Shown one piece after another: positions 33,028 to 43,823 of a stretch of 64,000 nt of DNA (position 1 is the first letter of the stretch; the number at the start of each line of letters is the position of its first letter). The notes under the pieces were generated by a model. That model saw only the letters and a list, made by a program, of their open reading frames with translations. It had not been told where the DNA came from and searched no databases. A program made the position numbers and the translations under genes. This stretch comes from an uncultured virus (IMG/VR IMGVR_UViG_3300010885_055091) (taxonomy: Duplodnaviria; Heunggongvirae; Uroviricota; Caudoviricetes), in IMG/VR virus record IMGVR_UViG_3300010885_055091, positions 1-64,000 of that record. The stretch is one strand, 5' to 3'.

Positions 33028-33846
33028 ATGGCTATAGTAAGAGCAAATCCTAATGCTTATGAAAGTGGAGAAGTATATTTAAATGCTTTACAGGATGAGA
33101 CATCAAAAAACTTCACACTTTTATTGGGGCTCCTTAGTTCATACTGGAAGTCAAACTCGGATGGTCCATTTTATGCAAGATCGCTTAAAGCTATAGCAAT
33201 TGCTTTAGCTCAAGTAAGACTAAATCTGGATCAGATATTCAATGATACTGAGTATGCTTTAACTCGTGGCGAGTTCCTAAACCAGGTAGTAAAATCCTTG
33301 GTATTTCCGGAAGGACAATCATTGGAGCTGTCTTATTCAGATGTTGAATTTAGAGAGCTTTATGTAGAACTAATTAAAATATACTTTAAGGGAAGCATTC
33401 CAGAATCCATCGAAAAAGCCGTAGAACTGGTTACTGGAAAGGATGTAATCCTTCATATTAATTATGAAGATGCTCGCAAGCCAGGTTCGGGATTAGATAT
33501 ATCAGACCAATTTGGATTTTCTGTGGATATTGCCCTTAATAGTCCTTCTGAAATCAACACAATACTCGCAGATCGAAATATTCGAGTGCTATTGCACATC
33601 ATAAGACCAGCCCACACTTTATATACCGTAAGATATATCTTGAATGACGAATATTTGGGAAATAATGCCTTGCCGTATATAGGTCCTAGGAAACCCAAGA
33701 AAATAATGGATAGTCAGGAATTTAGTATTTTTAACTACAAGTATGAAGATTATAGGAAATTTGCTTTAGGGGTATATGGTGTAGATGAAAATGGGTTTAA
33801 AAAGTCATACTCCATTCTCGGGGAAGATCATAGTTCTTCTTTTTGA
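33028..33846 (+). CDS. Baseplate wedge protein (P2 gpI-like)
   Basis: SDVEFRE..KGSIPESIEKAVEL..IRPAHT; follows the J-like gene. Confidence 0.65.
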   Translation: MAIVRANPNAYESGEVYLNALQDETSKNFTLLLGLLSSYWKSNSDGPFYARSLKAIAIALAQVRLNLDQIFNDTEYALTRGEFLNQVVKSLVFPEGQSLELSYSDVEFRELYVELIKIYFKGSIPESIEKAVELVTGKDVILHINYEDARKPGSGLDISDQFGFSVDIALNSPSEINTILADRNIRVLLHIIRPAHTLYTVRYILNDEYLGNNALPYIGPRKPKKIMDSQEFSIFNYKYEDYRKFALGVYGVDENGFKKSYSILGEDHSSSF

Positions 33847-33860
33847 ATTTTCATTCAGTA

Positions 33861-33900
33861 TAGGTATAAAAATGGGATTTACTTCTCATTTTTATACCTA
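33861..33900. terminator. Intergenic hairpin (probable terminator)
   Basis: taggtataaaaatg (33861-33874) / catttttataccta (33887-33900) perfect 14-bp arms. Confidence 0.65.
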
Positions 33901-33921
33901 ACCCAAATAAGATATCAGTAA

Positions 33922-36237
33922 ATGACTATCATCGTAGACTATATAGTCACAGTTCTATCGGATAAAACTATCCGAGTCCTATTTCAAGAAGAAGTAAACC
34001 CGAGTAACGCTTTAACAATATCTAACTATGCTTTTTCTGTATTGCCTGGTACCAGTTATCTGCCTTCTCTAGTGGAGGCAAAATCCTTTAATACTGATAA
34101 TAGACAGTACGAACTCATATTTTCGGAATCATTCACTCACACTTCTGTTTATTCTGTTCAGATATCTGGGGTTTCTACTCCAAACGGCGATGGTGTTGTC
34201 ACTCCTTCTGCCCATAACTGGACTGCCAACGTTCCGGCAGGAGCAGTACCGCTCTTATGCATATTCTCTATTTTGGGGCACTGTGACCTAGTGTTTGATA
34301 GAGAGGTAGGACAATACTCTTCCGGGGCTTCTGGAAGCATAACTAATGGCGTTGACCCTAGCGACTCTTTAATACTTGTTCCTTGGAACTCTAGCATACC
34401 ATTAAATAACGTTAGATTTCAAATTCCTGCGACTGTAGATTCTGGTGATGAGTGGTATGTCTCATTTATTGATATACTTGATATTAGCCAAAATCAATCA
34501 TTAGGAACGATTAAATTAAGCGTTCCGGACACCATCCCGAAGCCCCTCACTTATTCGGAAGCCACCACCATCCGTACTACTAACTCATTCTTAACAAATT
34601 ATAACTACTATTTCGGATTCAATAATATAAGATTATTTTTTAATTTTGCGACAAATGCTAGCGTTTATGACACTACGAATTACAATATTTATCAAATTGA
34701 AACTCATCTAAGCCCCGACAATTACCACTTCGTGACTGAGCCCGATTGTACAAATTTGGTAGAATTTTGTGACTTATTAAATGACATAAAATTACAATAT
34801 AATAAACATCTTCTAGCTCCTGGCGTCCATTTGATCAGGGACCCTTCTCAATTAGTAGTGACTCAGAATGCTATGGACATGGAATCTGCTTATCTATTGA
34901 TATTAGATCTATATGAGAAGTATAGAGGTCATGCTGAATCAGAATCTTTACATAATTCTAAAGATGGAATAAACTTGCCGAATGATGGGTTACCGATTAA
35001 GGCAGCCACAGTCCTGTACGATTATGCTAATTCTCTTAAGGCTTCCTTTAATTCTCACTTAACTATAGAATATTTGGTCCCATTTGTTTCTTACCCATTT
35101 TTGGGCGCTATTTCGTCCGATTTTAGTAGTTTTCCGGGCAATCCGTTAAATTCTATTAGTTCTTGGAGTGCAGACCTTAGAGTCAAATCTCGTTCTCCTC
35201 GTACTCAATACAGAATAGAGTGCACTGTTTCATCTGAAGATGGTAGTAGCACTACTGATCTTTTAACAGGTACTTCACTAGTGAAGTCAGCTTCATCAGA
35301 AGCTTCTCTAATTAGTCATACTTTTTTAAATACGGATTCTGTTGTTATTACGAGTGATCATGAATTTTTTAATTTCGAAAATCAATATGAATATAAGAAC
35401 GAAGGAAAAGCTTTAGAGTATGAAGAATCTGAAGAATATTCATCTATCCAATCTCTCTTATGGGCTTTGCAAGAGGCTTGGATTCAATATGATTCACATA
35501 GAACAAATCAGTCTCATTACTTTCTGGATACCATTAATTTCGTTTCAGGTTCGGATATTCCTACTATCGATACAATAGTAGATTCAGTTAATAAGTTAAG
35601 AGATAAATATTTAAATCATAAAATTGGTGCCAAGTGGCACAATATTCCGGACGATTCTTATTTTAAAGCTGCTTACGCTACTGATATTCATTCAGCTATT
35701 AAGCTATTGTCTAAAATAAGATCTTCTATGAATCATCATACTAATAATGGAGTTTTACATAACGGGTCGAGCCAAGAGTGGATTTCTGCTCCTTTATTTG
35801 ATTCTATCGTGTTTAGGACGGGATATCAGAAAATAGATGCTGATTTGACTTTAGAGTTTCCAGCTGTTGTAAAGGTGGTTTATTTGGGAGCACCCTCCAA
35901 CATCTTCTTTGAACAAAGATTTTCTTATACTTTTAAGGGTGTAGGTTTTAACCCTCACATTTCGGATGTGGTGCCTATTCCAGCAGTAAGCTGGTATAGG
36001 CAAAATAGTGGATATTCCTCGGATAACTTGCAAGTTTTCTTTTCTAAGAAAATGGAGGAACTTTCCTTAGATAATGTGTCAATACTACCGGTCACTCCAG
36101 GGGATTCTATTTACATAAATAGAAGAATGTGGATTTCCGAAAACGTAATAGAATTGGGTATTGCAGGCATGTCAGCAGCCCTTTATACTTTGAACATCAG
36201 TGGGATTTCAGATAAAGCGGGGAACCAGGTCTCGTAA
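33922..36237 (+). CDS. Virion protein with Ig-like ends and six His-helix repeats
   Basis: 771 aa; IRVLFQEEV..SNY and LQVFFSKKM..YTLNISGISDKAGN Ig-like segments; repeats such as LNDIKLQYNKHLLAPGVHLIRD. Confidence 0.7.
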   Translation: MTIIVDYIVTVLSDKTIRVLFQEEVNPSNALTISNYAFSVLPGTSYLPSLVEAKSFNTDNRQYELIFSESFTHTSVYSVQISGVSTPNGDGVVTPSAHNWTANVPAGAVPLLCIFSILGHCDLVFDREVGQYSSGASGSITNGVDPSDSLILVPWNSSIPLNNVRFQIPATVDSGDEWYVSFIDILDISQNQSLGTIKLSVPDTIPKPLTYSEATTIRTTNSFLTNYNYYFGFNNIRLFFNFATNASVYDTTNYNIYQIETHLSPDNYHFVTEPDCTNLVEFCDLLNDIKLQYNKHLLAPGVHLIRDPSQLVVTQNAMDMESAYLLILDLYEKYRGHAESESLHNSKDGINLPNDGLPIKAATVLYDYANSLKASFNSHLTIEYLVPFVSYPFLGAISSDFSSFPGNPLNSISSWSADLRVKSRSPRTQYRIECTVSSEDGSSTTDLLTGTSLVKSASSEASLISHTFLNTDSVVITSDHEFFNFENQYEYKNEGKALEYEESEEYSSIQSLLWALQEAWIQYDSHRTNQSHYFLDTINFVSGSDIPTIDTIVDSVNKLRDKYLNHKIGAKWHNIPDDSYFKAAYATDIHSAIKLLSKIRSSMNHHTNNGVLHNGSSQEWISAPLFDSIVFRTGYQKIDADLTLEFPAVVKVVYLGAPSNIFFEQRFSYTFKGVGFNPHISDVVPIPAVSWYRQNSGYSSDNLQVFFSKKMEELSLDNVSILPVTPGDSIYINRRMWISENVIELGIAGMSAALYTLNISGISDKAGNQVS

Positions 36238-39200
36238 TGGCATCACTAAATTTTTCTGGTTTTAGTTCCGTCAAGGATAGGACTGTATTTACTAACAAAG
36301 GCCCCATAGTAAAATCCCCACTTACTGTTTTATCAGGTCCTAATCTATATATTAATTCTCCAAATGAAATAAATATCCCCACAGGGAATTTTGATGCTTC
36401 ATATGTGAACAAAAATGTTCAGATTATTGGAAGTCCGCTTTCTAGAAATGATGGTACGTACCGAATAGTTGCTGTTAGAGCTTATAATATACTAAAGTTA
36501 GATGCTAATTTTGACTATGCGGATTCGGATAAGATCGAACAAGACATAGTAAAATTAGCTAATGACATTAGATTTAAATTCAATGCGCACTTGCTTAATA
36601 CTGACTCTCATGGAGAAAAGGACCTCGTAAATTCGGTTACTACCCCTCCTGCTGTTAGTTTATCGAATGCAATAGTTTTACTTAATGAAATTAAGACAAA
36701 AATAAGTATCCATTCTCTATTAAGCGACAATCCGTTATTCATTCACAAGTTCGCTGATCCCGATTCTAGTTTATTCACTGTTGATGCATTTGATCTTGAT
36801 AGTACCTTTCTTTTGGTTAATGCTTTAAGAAAGCGATACGAAGCTCACAGACAAGACATAGGAATTCATCTAAAAGATGACTTCGCGAATAGGTTGGCCA
36901 TAAACTCTGCCAAAGCTTACGTAGGTTCAGGATCAATGATCGGCCCATTTAATTGGGAAATCCAAGATCCCCGATATGGGGTAGTCGCGGATGATCCTTC
37001 TGACGTAAGTGTGTTGGTTAATGGTAATCCCGCTGATGTGGATTATGTGTTCGGGTTGCTTGGTGCCGTGGTCTTAACAGATAAACCAAATCACGGAGAT
37101 TCTGTATTAGTAGATTATAAATATTTAAAAAATCCCCCTACCCAATTCGAAAGACTAAATAGCTTCGAATTTGTTTTGAATCAAGAGGGTAATAACGGAT
37201 ACTCCGGTGTTCCAGGACACCTTTACAGACAGAGATCTTACCTGATTAATCCTGGTGATCCTAGACTAATAAAATCGCCTTTTTCCCCAAGGAAGATAAA
37301 TTATAAATATAAGGCATATGAAAATAAATATACAGCTAAGCTTAATGACCCGAGTTCATTGCTTTTAAATAGTCCTACTAACCGAATAATGTATTCGGTA
37401 TTTAATGAATCGGTATTTGAGTATATAATTAGATATGATCCGGTGGTTCTTCCTAATAATGCGATTGACCCTTGGGTGTTTTATGGAGAAGGTGTTACAA
37501 GATTAACTGTCGAGTATCCAACGCTCATAATAGAAGATACTACGAGGAATTATTCTAGTAATCCGGGTCCCCCTTTTTATTCACATTCACTAGACTTAAG
37601 ATACCCAAGCTTCATATCAGCGGCTTACAGATTTTATGCAGATTATGGATCTAATCTTACTTTAGATGGAGAATTCAACGGAGTAGGATTCGGTTTTACT
37701 GATGGTCAAAAAGCGGTAATCGTAGGTGGTTTACTGTCTGACGCAAATAACCTGTCGTCCGCCATATTTCTTTGTAATGACATAAAGAATAAGTATTCTT
37801 CTCATATTGATTCTGCTATATTTCACCGACCAAAGGATAATGAAAACATAGTACTAATTGTTGATGCATATGACTTAGATAGCTTGCTAAGACTGACGAA
37901 TCATTTAGTTTCCATTTACAATAGTCACATTGTACTAGGGTCTAATTATATTCACAAGAATTCTGATTTTTCGAATTCTGTAACCTCGACAGAGGTCAAT
38001 CAGTTAGAAGAAGCAATACTAAGACTCAATGAATTAAAAAGCAAGTTTAATACTCACAGAAGTTTCGTACCCGTACATTATAACAATGATAACATCAACA
38101 TTGTAGATAAAGTAAAACAAGTAGGTGTATTCAAGAATGAGGGATTTCTCGAAGAAGCGTCTGCTTGGCAGTCTTTTGCGTATAATTGGACTGTTGAGAC
38201 TACGTACCGCCTCTACATTACCCCAGATGGAAATGCTAGTATCTTTCTGAGTGGTGATGTTAATCCTAGAACATCAGTGGATTATTCAGAATTACCAAAT
38301 GCTTCCGATTTAGACCTGCAATTTGACCCTGTCTACCAAACATTTTTTGGCGCGTTGGGTGATGCCAGCTCTAGCAAGAGTTATTGGAGGTTCAGTAGAA
38401 TTGATGTACTACCAATAAATTCACTGCAAATACTGAAAAACAAACAGGTAAGCTATACATTTGATACGCTTCCTGAATACACTATGAATCCGTGGATTAC
38501 TGTCGGTCAAGGCGGGACTGAATATTTACTTCCCGTTGATAAACTTCAGTTAGATTCAACGTCTTTTATAAGTAACGCCGATGCTGAATCTACAGGAAAA
38601 GTCACAGGCGAATATAGAGGGTATCTTCGGATCGAACCCTCGTTAACAGACCGGAACGTCATTACTGTAGATTTTTCTTTATTCAGCCCATTTTATAGCT
38701 TCGGTGTAGATAATCGATCTTTAGGAGTTCATATAGGAGATGGTACTTTTGCTACGCAATTGTGCTTCTTACAGGCTAATCCTAGTCCCGCTCATATAAG
38801 AGGATTGGTGTATGAAGGAGCCTTTTCGATTTCTACGGGAGACACAGCCGTTTTCTCTGTGGATAACGGCCATATTATAGTGGTTACAAGCCCAAATAAT
38901 ATAATTACTGTTAATGACTTAGTAGTTTTAATTAATTCCCAGAGTGGCTTAAATATCGCTTCCGTTTACCAAAATCCATATACATTGCAAGAAACTATTC
39001 AATTTACCAGTATTAACACTGGTTCTGGTAGCAATCTAAGAATTATAAGTGGTCCTATATTCGATAAACTCGGAATTCCAGTAGGAATCTTTATATTTGG
39101 GAGTGATACTCAGCCTGAGTATAAATTTGGTTATACTGGTTTAAGTATTCCGAACTTTGACGATCCAACTTGGTTAACTTCCGGATCTCAAAAGTCAGAG

Positions 39201-42200
39201 ATGTTAGAAAGAACACTAGTAATTACTGACAATAGTGTAATAGATTTTAGGTCTTACACTCAGTCGAATCCTCTAGTCGTAAATCCGGTCATAATACCAA
39301 ATGAAAACTGGAAAGTAGATTTTAGATTTAAACTAACTTCATTTGAGTCTGGCAACACTATTGTTACTCCTGGTAATTATAAATTTTGTGGTGCTCTAGT
39401 TAATTTAGATGAAGGACCTAATGGAAAGAATTTAGAATTACACCTGTCGATAAGTCCAATAGATGAAAAGTATGCTGTAATTTATTCATTCAATAATCTA
39501 ACCAATACATTAGAGGAAGTGGCGGCTTTCGGATTCAACTGGGGTGACAATAAAAATCACTCATATAGTATTTATACCGATAAGGTGAACGATAATTTAT
39601 CTTTCTTTATAGATGGTGCGTATTTCGGTTCCTTCACATATTCAGGATTAAAAAATGGGTCTTATGGTCCCTCTTTAACATTTGGTTCTGGAGGGTCCCT
39701 TCTAAACAATGGGGATCTTGCTTCAGCAAAGTCCACTACTGAATGGAATTCTTTGTGCGTAATCCATGATTCTACTGTAGGCAACTCATATCTTCAATCT
39801 CAAAGATTCATGGGGTTGTACCGTGGAGGTCCTATCGATAGACTTTCTTCTTATTATCTTTCTCAGGTAGACTGGAAACAACCGCATTCCTATAGAATAT
39901 TACGAGATCCTATTAGTGGGGTAAGTGTTTATCTAGATAATTCGGCAGCTCCTGTCATTTCTGCTTCTTTTGACGTGTTAACTCTCCCTTTGAGCGTTTT
40001 GGATTTTCTTTCTGGAATAGTCCCAAGCGGAAATTTTATCGCATTTGGTTCTTTTAATCAGCAAGAAATATCCAGGTCTATATGGCTTGATGACATTAAA
40101 TACTCTATTGGAAAATTAAACGATACGAATGGGTTCGTCCCCCCTCACCAAGTTTTAAACCAGTCAAACTTGGTGAGTTCCTATGAGCATTTGAAACTAA
40201 AATCCGTTCATTCTCACCATGGATTTAGTTCGTACTCTGAGGGCACTCCTACAGATGACCTCTTAGCAAGCGATGATGTACAAGGGCTAATTACTTTAGG
40301 GGAGGGAATTCCCTTAATAACACAATCACAAAATATTCCGAATTTGGGTGGTCTTGTTACAGACGTTACGCCCTCTGATTCCATAGCCGCTGCAAGCTTC
40401 ATATTCCAAAATGGTCAGGTATCGAATTTTTCTGATGACCTTGTAAATGTCGCTGACATTGATGCAGTTTTAAGTCCCCTGCAGTCATTAAATAACTTAA
40501 TAAGTGAAACCAATATATTAAGACTAAAATATTTAGATCACATTTCTAAAACTAATTTCGGAGTGTTTGTAATTCACCAGAATGCTGACTTGGTTAATGA
40601 TGTAGTTAGCGGTCCAGTAGCACCTGGAGATTTGTCTGGCCTCATTAATTGTCTTAAGGATTTACGTGATGAATATAACTCGCATAGAATAGAAGCAACT
40701 GTTCATTACAACGATGATACCTTTCACGAAGTCGTTTTTGCTGATCCCACTGATTTAGAATCTTGCATTAACTCACATAACTTATTATCAGAAACGTTAA
40801 ATCTTCACATAAAAAGCTACTTGCCACATAGGTTAAGCGGAGAAAGTTCTGACAAGGTTCCTTACATACTAGCATCCCTAAATTTATTTAGGGATTTATT
40901 TCACTCCCATATGACCAATGAAAATGGGAACTTTGTGCACAAAGATATGGGAGTCGATTCTCCTGATACGAATAATGCTAATTTCTTAGTTACTGAGTAT
41001 GTAAATGATATTAGTCAGGCATTCCCTCAGATAAAAGCATTGATTGAAGTTTTTAACTTTCATCTGTCCAATAAGACACCACACGATAATATTTTTGATA
41101 TTACAAATACGATTTCTTTACCGTATCCTAATGGTATTGATGACCTGTACAACCAAATAATCATTCTGACTACGAAATTTAATGATCACTTATCAAACAC
41201 TGGTGGTGCGTATCATGACGGAAATGATATATATAACATCTTCGCTGCAAACGCGAATATAGAATATTTAGTAAGATACCTTTACAGTGCAAGAGACCTA
41301 CTGAACATTCATGTTAATGATTCTTCACTACATAACTTCTTAGATGACGATAATCAGTACTTAAATGAACTGAATTTTCTAATAAATGGTCCTAAAACCA
41401 CATGTAACCCTTCCGATTATTGTACATTTGCGAATGAACTAAAAGAAAAATTCATAAACCACTTTAAGTCGAGTACACACTTGACTGTAGACTTCTTAAA
41501 CGTTGATTTCTTAGAAGCTCAACCAAACGCCGTAAATCTTAATACAGCCATGGATCTGGTTACTTCTTGTTTGATTTCGATAAATCAACATAACCAGTCT
41601 TTGGTGAACGAGTTACAAGCGCATAATGGAATAGATGATGTGAATGAAGGCTTTACATCTATTAGTTATAACCCGTTAAGCTTAGTCTTTATGTACGTGA
41701 GTCAGGTTTGCGAGTTATTTAATCAACATATTGATTATAAAGAGTCTCACGTTAAAACTACTAGCTCGATACAATTCGGGAGCGGTCTTTCATTACAGGA
41801 TAGCGTCGATAATTTAAATATACTTAAGTCTTCTTACAATGACCATTTATTGAGTCCCGGAATCCATGTTAGGAACGATACGGCAAACGCCATAACTTCG
41901 CCTGATGCGTCCGATTTAGGTTCTCTCATAGTGTTATTAAACGAGACTGTAACCAAATATAATCAACATAGAATTCGACCTGGTGTTCATTCTAGTACTG
42001 CTATCATAAAACTCTCATCTCCTCCAAATTCCTTATATGATGGTTTGAAGATATGGACTATCGATTCAGGGACTCCGAATTTGATTTCGTCATTTTCTGA
42101 TGATGAAACATATAAAATACATGGGTTAAGTAACAGTAAAACACTAAAATTGAATTATTCCGGAGTAAACCTTCCAGAGAATATTTCAATTTGCAGTGTC

Positions 42201-42905
42201 AACACTGGCCCATTTCCTCTTATTCATAACACTTATTTATTAGTGTATTTGAATTATGCTAATGAACCAGTAAGGGTGATCTTTACATCCAGTGAAACAA
42301 CAGGCCAGGAAGTAGTAGATAAAATAAATAATACTTCGGGAATACCCCTAAATTTCGCTAGTTTATCTACTGATCAAAGAATAACTCTCACTAACCCCAC
42401 ATCTGGGGCCGGAACGTCTTTATCTGTTGATGGAACTACTCTTGACGTTCTGGGATTTAGAAATTCTCAGCCAATACCTTGGGCTCTATACGCTGATGAT
42501 TCCACCTCCGTATCAGTTGGTGTTGTGTCTTCTACCCCGGATTATTTATCATATACTACAACAGGTACAGGCACCAAGACTGCTTATGTGAATTCAAATG
42601 GGTTGACTGACTCGGTATCCCTTGGTTTCTCAATAAAATATAAGATAAAACTTAATACTTGGTCTTACGATGCTAATGGAGAGACCGGAATCTTCATAGG
42701 GTGTTCAGGTAAATCGGGTCCTGGATTCACAGTAGGTTTGGGATTTGGGGAGTTTTTTGGGAATAAGACAGTATATATGAAAGATATGAATTCCGGAAAG
42801 ATTTTAGCTTCAAAGGTATTCAATTGGGCGGATGGGGTGTTTCATGAATACATCATCGAAAGATCAATGCTTGATGATTCCATCATGTTTAAAATAAAAT
42901 ACTGA
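36237..42905 (+). CDS. Giant virion protein with LamG/ConA-like beta domains and 18 His-helix repeats
   Basis: 2222 aa; repeated W....H.Y.I strands (FNWGDNKNHSYSI, VDWKQPHSYRI, FNWADGVFHEYII); repeated N.L...Y/FN.H....H...D helices. Confidence 0.75.
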   Translation: MASLNFSGFSSVKDRTVFTNKGPIVKSPLTVLSGPNLYINSPNEINIPTGNFDASYVNKNVQIIGSPLSRNDGTYRIVAVRAYNILKLDANFDYADSDKIEQDIVKLANDIRFKFNAHLLNTDSHGEKDLVNSVTTPPAVSLSNAIVLLNEIKTKISIHSLLSDNPLFIHKFADPDSSLFTVDAFDLDSTFLLVNALRKRYEAHRQDIGIHLKDDFANRLAINSAKAYVGSGSMIGPFNWEIQDPRYGVVADDPSDVSVLVNGNPADVDYVFGLLGAVVLTDKPNHGDSVLVDYKYLKNPPTQFERLNSFEFVLNQEGNNGYSGVPGHLYRQRSYLINPGDPRLIKSPFSPRKINYKYKAYENKYTAKLNDPSSLLLNSPTNRIMYSVFNESVFEYIIRYDPVVLPNNAIDPWVFYGEGVTRLTVEYPTLIIEDTTRNYSSNPGPPFYSHSLDLRYPSFISAAYRFYADYGSNLTLDGEFNGVGFGFTDGQKAVIVGGLLSDANNLSSAIFLCNDIKNKYSSHIDSAIFHRPKDNENIVLIVDAYDLDSLLRLTNHLVSIYNSHIVLGSNYIHKNSDFSNSVTSTEVNQLEEAILRLNELKSKFNTHRSFVPVHYNNDNINIVDKVKQVGVFKNEGFLEEASAWQSFAYNWTVETTYRLYITPDGNASIFLSGDVNPRTSVDYSELPNASDLDLQFDPVYQTFFGALGDASSSKSYWRFSRIDVLPINSLQILKNKQVSYTFDTLPEYTMNPWITVGQGGTEYLLPVDKLQLDSTSFISNADAESTGKVTGEYRGYLRIEPSLTDRNVITVDFSLFSPFYSFGVDNRSLGVHIGDGTFATQLCFLQANPSPAHIRGLVYEGAFSISTGDTAVFSVDNGHIIVVTSPNNIITVNDLVVLINSQSGLNIASVYQNPYTLQETIQFTSINTGSGSNLRIISGPIFDKLGIPVGIFIFGSDTQPEYKFGYTGLSIPNFDDPTWLTSGSQKSEMLERTLVITDNSVIDFRSYTQSNPLVVNPVIIPNENWKVDFRFKLTSFESGNTIVTPGNYKFCGALVNLDEGPNGKNLELHLSISPIDEKYAVIYSFNNLTNTLEEVAAFGFNWGDNKNHSYSIYTDKVNDNLSFFIDGAYFGSFTYSGLKNGSYGPSLTFGSGGSLLNNGDLASAKSTTEWNSLCVIHDSTVGNSYLQSQRFMGLYRGGPIDRLSSYYLSQVDWKQPHSYRILRDPISGVSVYLDNSAAPVISASFDVLTLPLSVLDFLSGIVPSGNFIAFGSFNQQEISRSIWLDDIKYSIGKLNDTNGFVPPHQVLNQSNLVSSYEHLKLKSVHSHHGFSSYSEGTPTDDLLASDDVQGLITLGEGIPLITQSQNIPNLGGLVTDVTPSDSIAAASFIFQNGQVSNFSDDLVNVADIDAVLSPLQSLNNLISETNILRLKYLDHISKTNFGVFVIHQNADLVNDVVSGPVAPGDLSGLINCLKDLRDEYNSHRIEATVHYNDDTFHEVVFADPTDLESCINSHNLLSETLNLHIKSYLPHRLSGESSDKVPYILASLNLFRDLFHSHMTNENGNFVHKDMGVDSPDTNNANFLVTEYVNDISQAFPQIKALIEVFNFHLSNKTPHDNIFDITNTISLPYPNGIDDLYNQIIILTTKFNDHLSNTGGAYHDGNDIYNIFAANANIEYLVRYLYSARDLLNIHVNDSSLHNFLDDDNQYLNELNFLINGPKTTCNPSDYCTFANELKEKFINHFKSSTHLTVDFLNVDFLEAQPNAVNLNTAMDLVTSCLISINQHNQSLVNELQAHNGIDDVNEGFTSISYNPLSLVFMYVSQVCELFNQHIDYKESHVKTTSSIQFGSGLSLQDSVDNLNILKSSYNDHLLSPGIHVRNDTANAITSPDASDLGSLIVLLNETVTKYNQHRIRPGVHSSTAIIKLSSPPNSLYDGLKIWTIDSGTPNLISSFSDDETYKIHGLSNSKTLKLNYSGVNLPENISICSVNTGPFPLIHNTYLLVYLNYANEPVRVIFTSSETTGQEVVDKINNTSGIPLNFASLSTDQRITLTNPTSGAGTSLSVDGTTLDVLGFRNSQPIPWALYADDSTSVSVGVVSSTPDYLSYTTTGTGTKTAYVNSNGLTDSVSLGFSIKYKIKLNTWSYDANGETGIFIGCSGKSGPGFTVGLGFGEFFGNKTVYMKDMNSGKILASKVFNWADGVFHEYIIERSMLDDSIMFKIKY

Positions 42906-42939
42906 AGACAATAAAATACTTATGGTAAAATAAACTATA

Positions 42940-43338
42940 ATGGGTAATTCTTTATATAACTACTCAAAGGAACTACTACTAAGCGGTTCTTTAGATTTAT
43001 TAACGGATGATATAAAGGCAATCTTAGTAGACAATACTTACGTACCGAACACGAGTACGGATCAATATGTAGACCCCGTTTTAGGTTTTGCCATAACTAC
43101 TGGAATTTCGCTGTTGAATAAATCAATCTCTGCTGGGACTTTTTCCGCAGACCCTATCACTTTTAGTGCTGTTATGGGAAACATTTACTTTATTATCATT
43201 TATCGAGATACGGGCGACCCGACTACAAGTCCACTGATTTGCTTATTCGATTCGGTACCAGGATTTCCAGTTAATGCTACTGGTGATGATTACACAATCA
43301 ATTGGAACTCTGGCTCTAATCAATTGTTCAGCGTGTAA
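42940..43338 (+). CDS. Small phage minor tail protein
   Basis: LDLLTDDIKAILVD..IIYRDTG..TTSPLI..G.PV..G.D.TI.W matches a widespread small tail protein pattern. Confidence 0.7.
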   Translation: MGNSLYNYSKELLLSGSLDLLTDDIKAILVDNTYVPNTSTDQYVDPVLGFAITTGISLLNKSISAGTFSADPITFSAVMGNIYFIIIYRDTGDPTTSPLICLFDSVPGFPVNATGDDYTINWNSGSNQLFSV

Positions 43339-43799
43339 TGGCAAATATTAATTTAAATCCTCCAAAAATCACATCGGAAGAATCCATATACCTAGCGGAA
43401 TTCTTTGGGTCTACTCCTATTATGGGCGGGTCCGTTCCCATTAATCAGCTTTCTGGCGAATTAAAAGACCCTATCTTAGGGAATTCAGAAGGCAATATAT
43501 TCTTCTCCCCATCTTTTAATACCCCGAACACTAACAATTCTATCTATGTCGAAAGTATAGAGGAAATTTGTGATGCAGGAGACTCTTACGTTGGTTTAAC
43601 CAAGACTCCCCCCATTAATTCCAGACCTTTCGTGTTTGGGCCATACGTATCATCTGGAAGGATATATCCACCAGATTTCTCAGTAGATTACGTACCGAGT
43701 TTTAATAATGTATTTGATTTCATGGGAACTCGCGAAAATAATGCCAAGGGTGTGTTCGTTGATTTAATGACTATGGAAGAAACTATCATCTTCTATTGA
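43338..43799 (+). CDS. Hypothetical protein
   Basis: 153-aa ORF, TAATG coupling. Confidence 0.65.
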   Translation: MANINLNPPKITSEESIYLAEFFGSTPIMGGSVPINQLSGELKDPILGNSEGNIFFSPSFNTPNTNNSIYVESIEEICDAGDSYVGLTKTPPINSRPFVFGPYVSSGRIYPPDFSVDYVPSFNNVFDFMGTRENNAKGVFVDLMTMEETIIFY

Positions 43800-43823
43800 G
43801 CGTAGAGTAACTGGGAGCATAAA

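Noticed and set aside
4054..33846. Bacterial eCIS, tailocin or T6SS locus instead of a phage
   Set aside because: No host housekeeping genes, AAA ATPase or T6SS membrane complex seen; scale, HU, HNH-like and nuclease genes fit a large phage better. Capsid genes are not in the window, so this is not strictly excluded.
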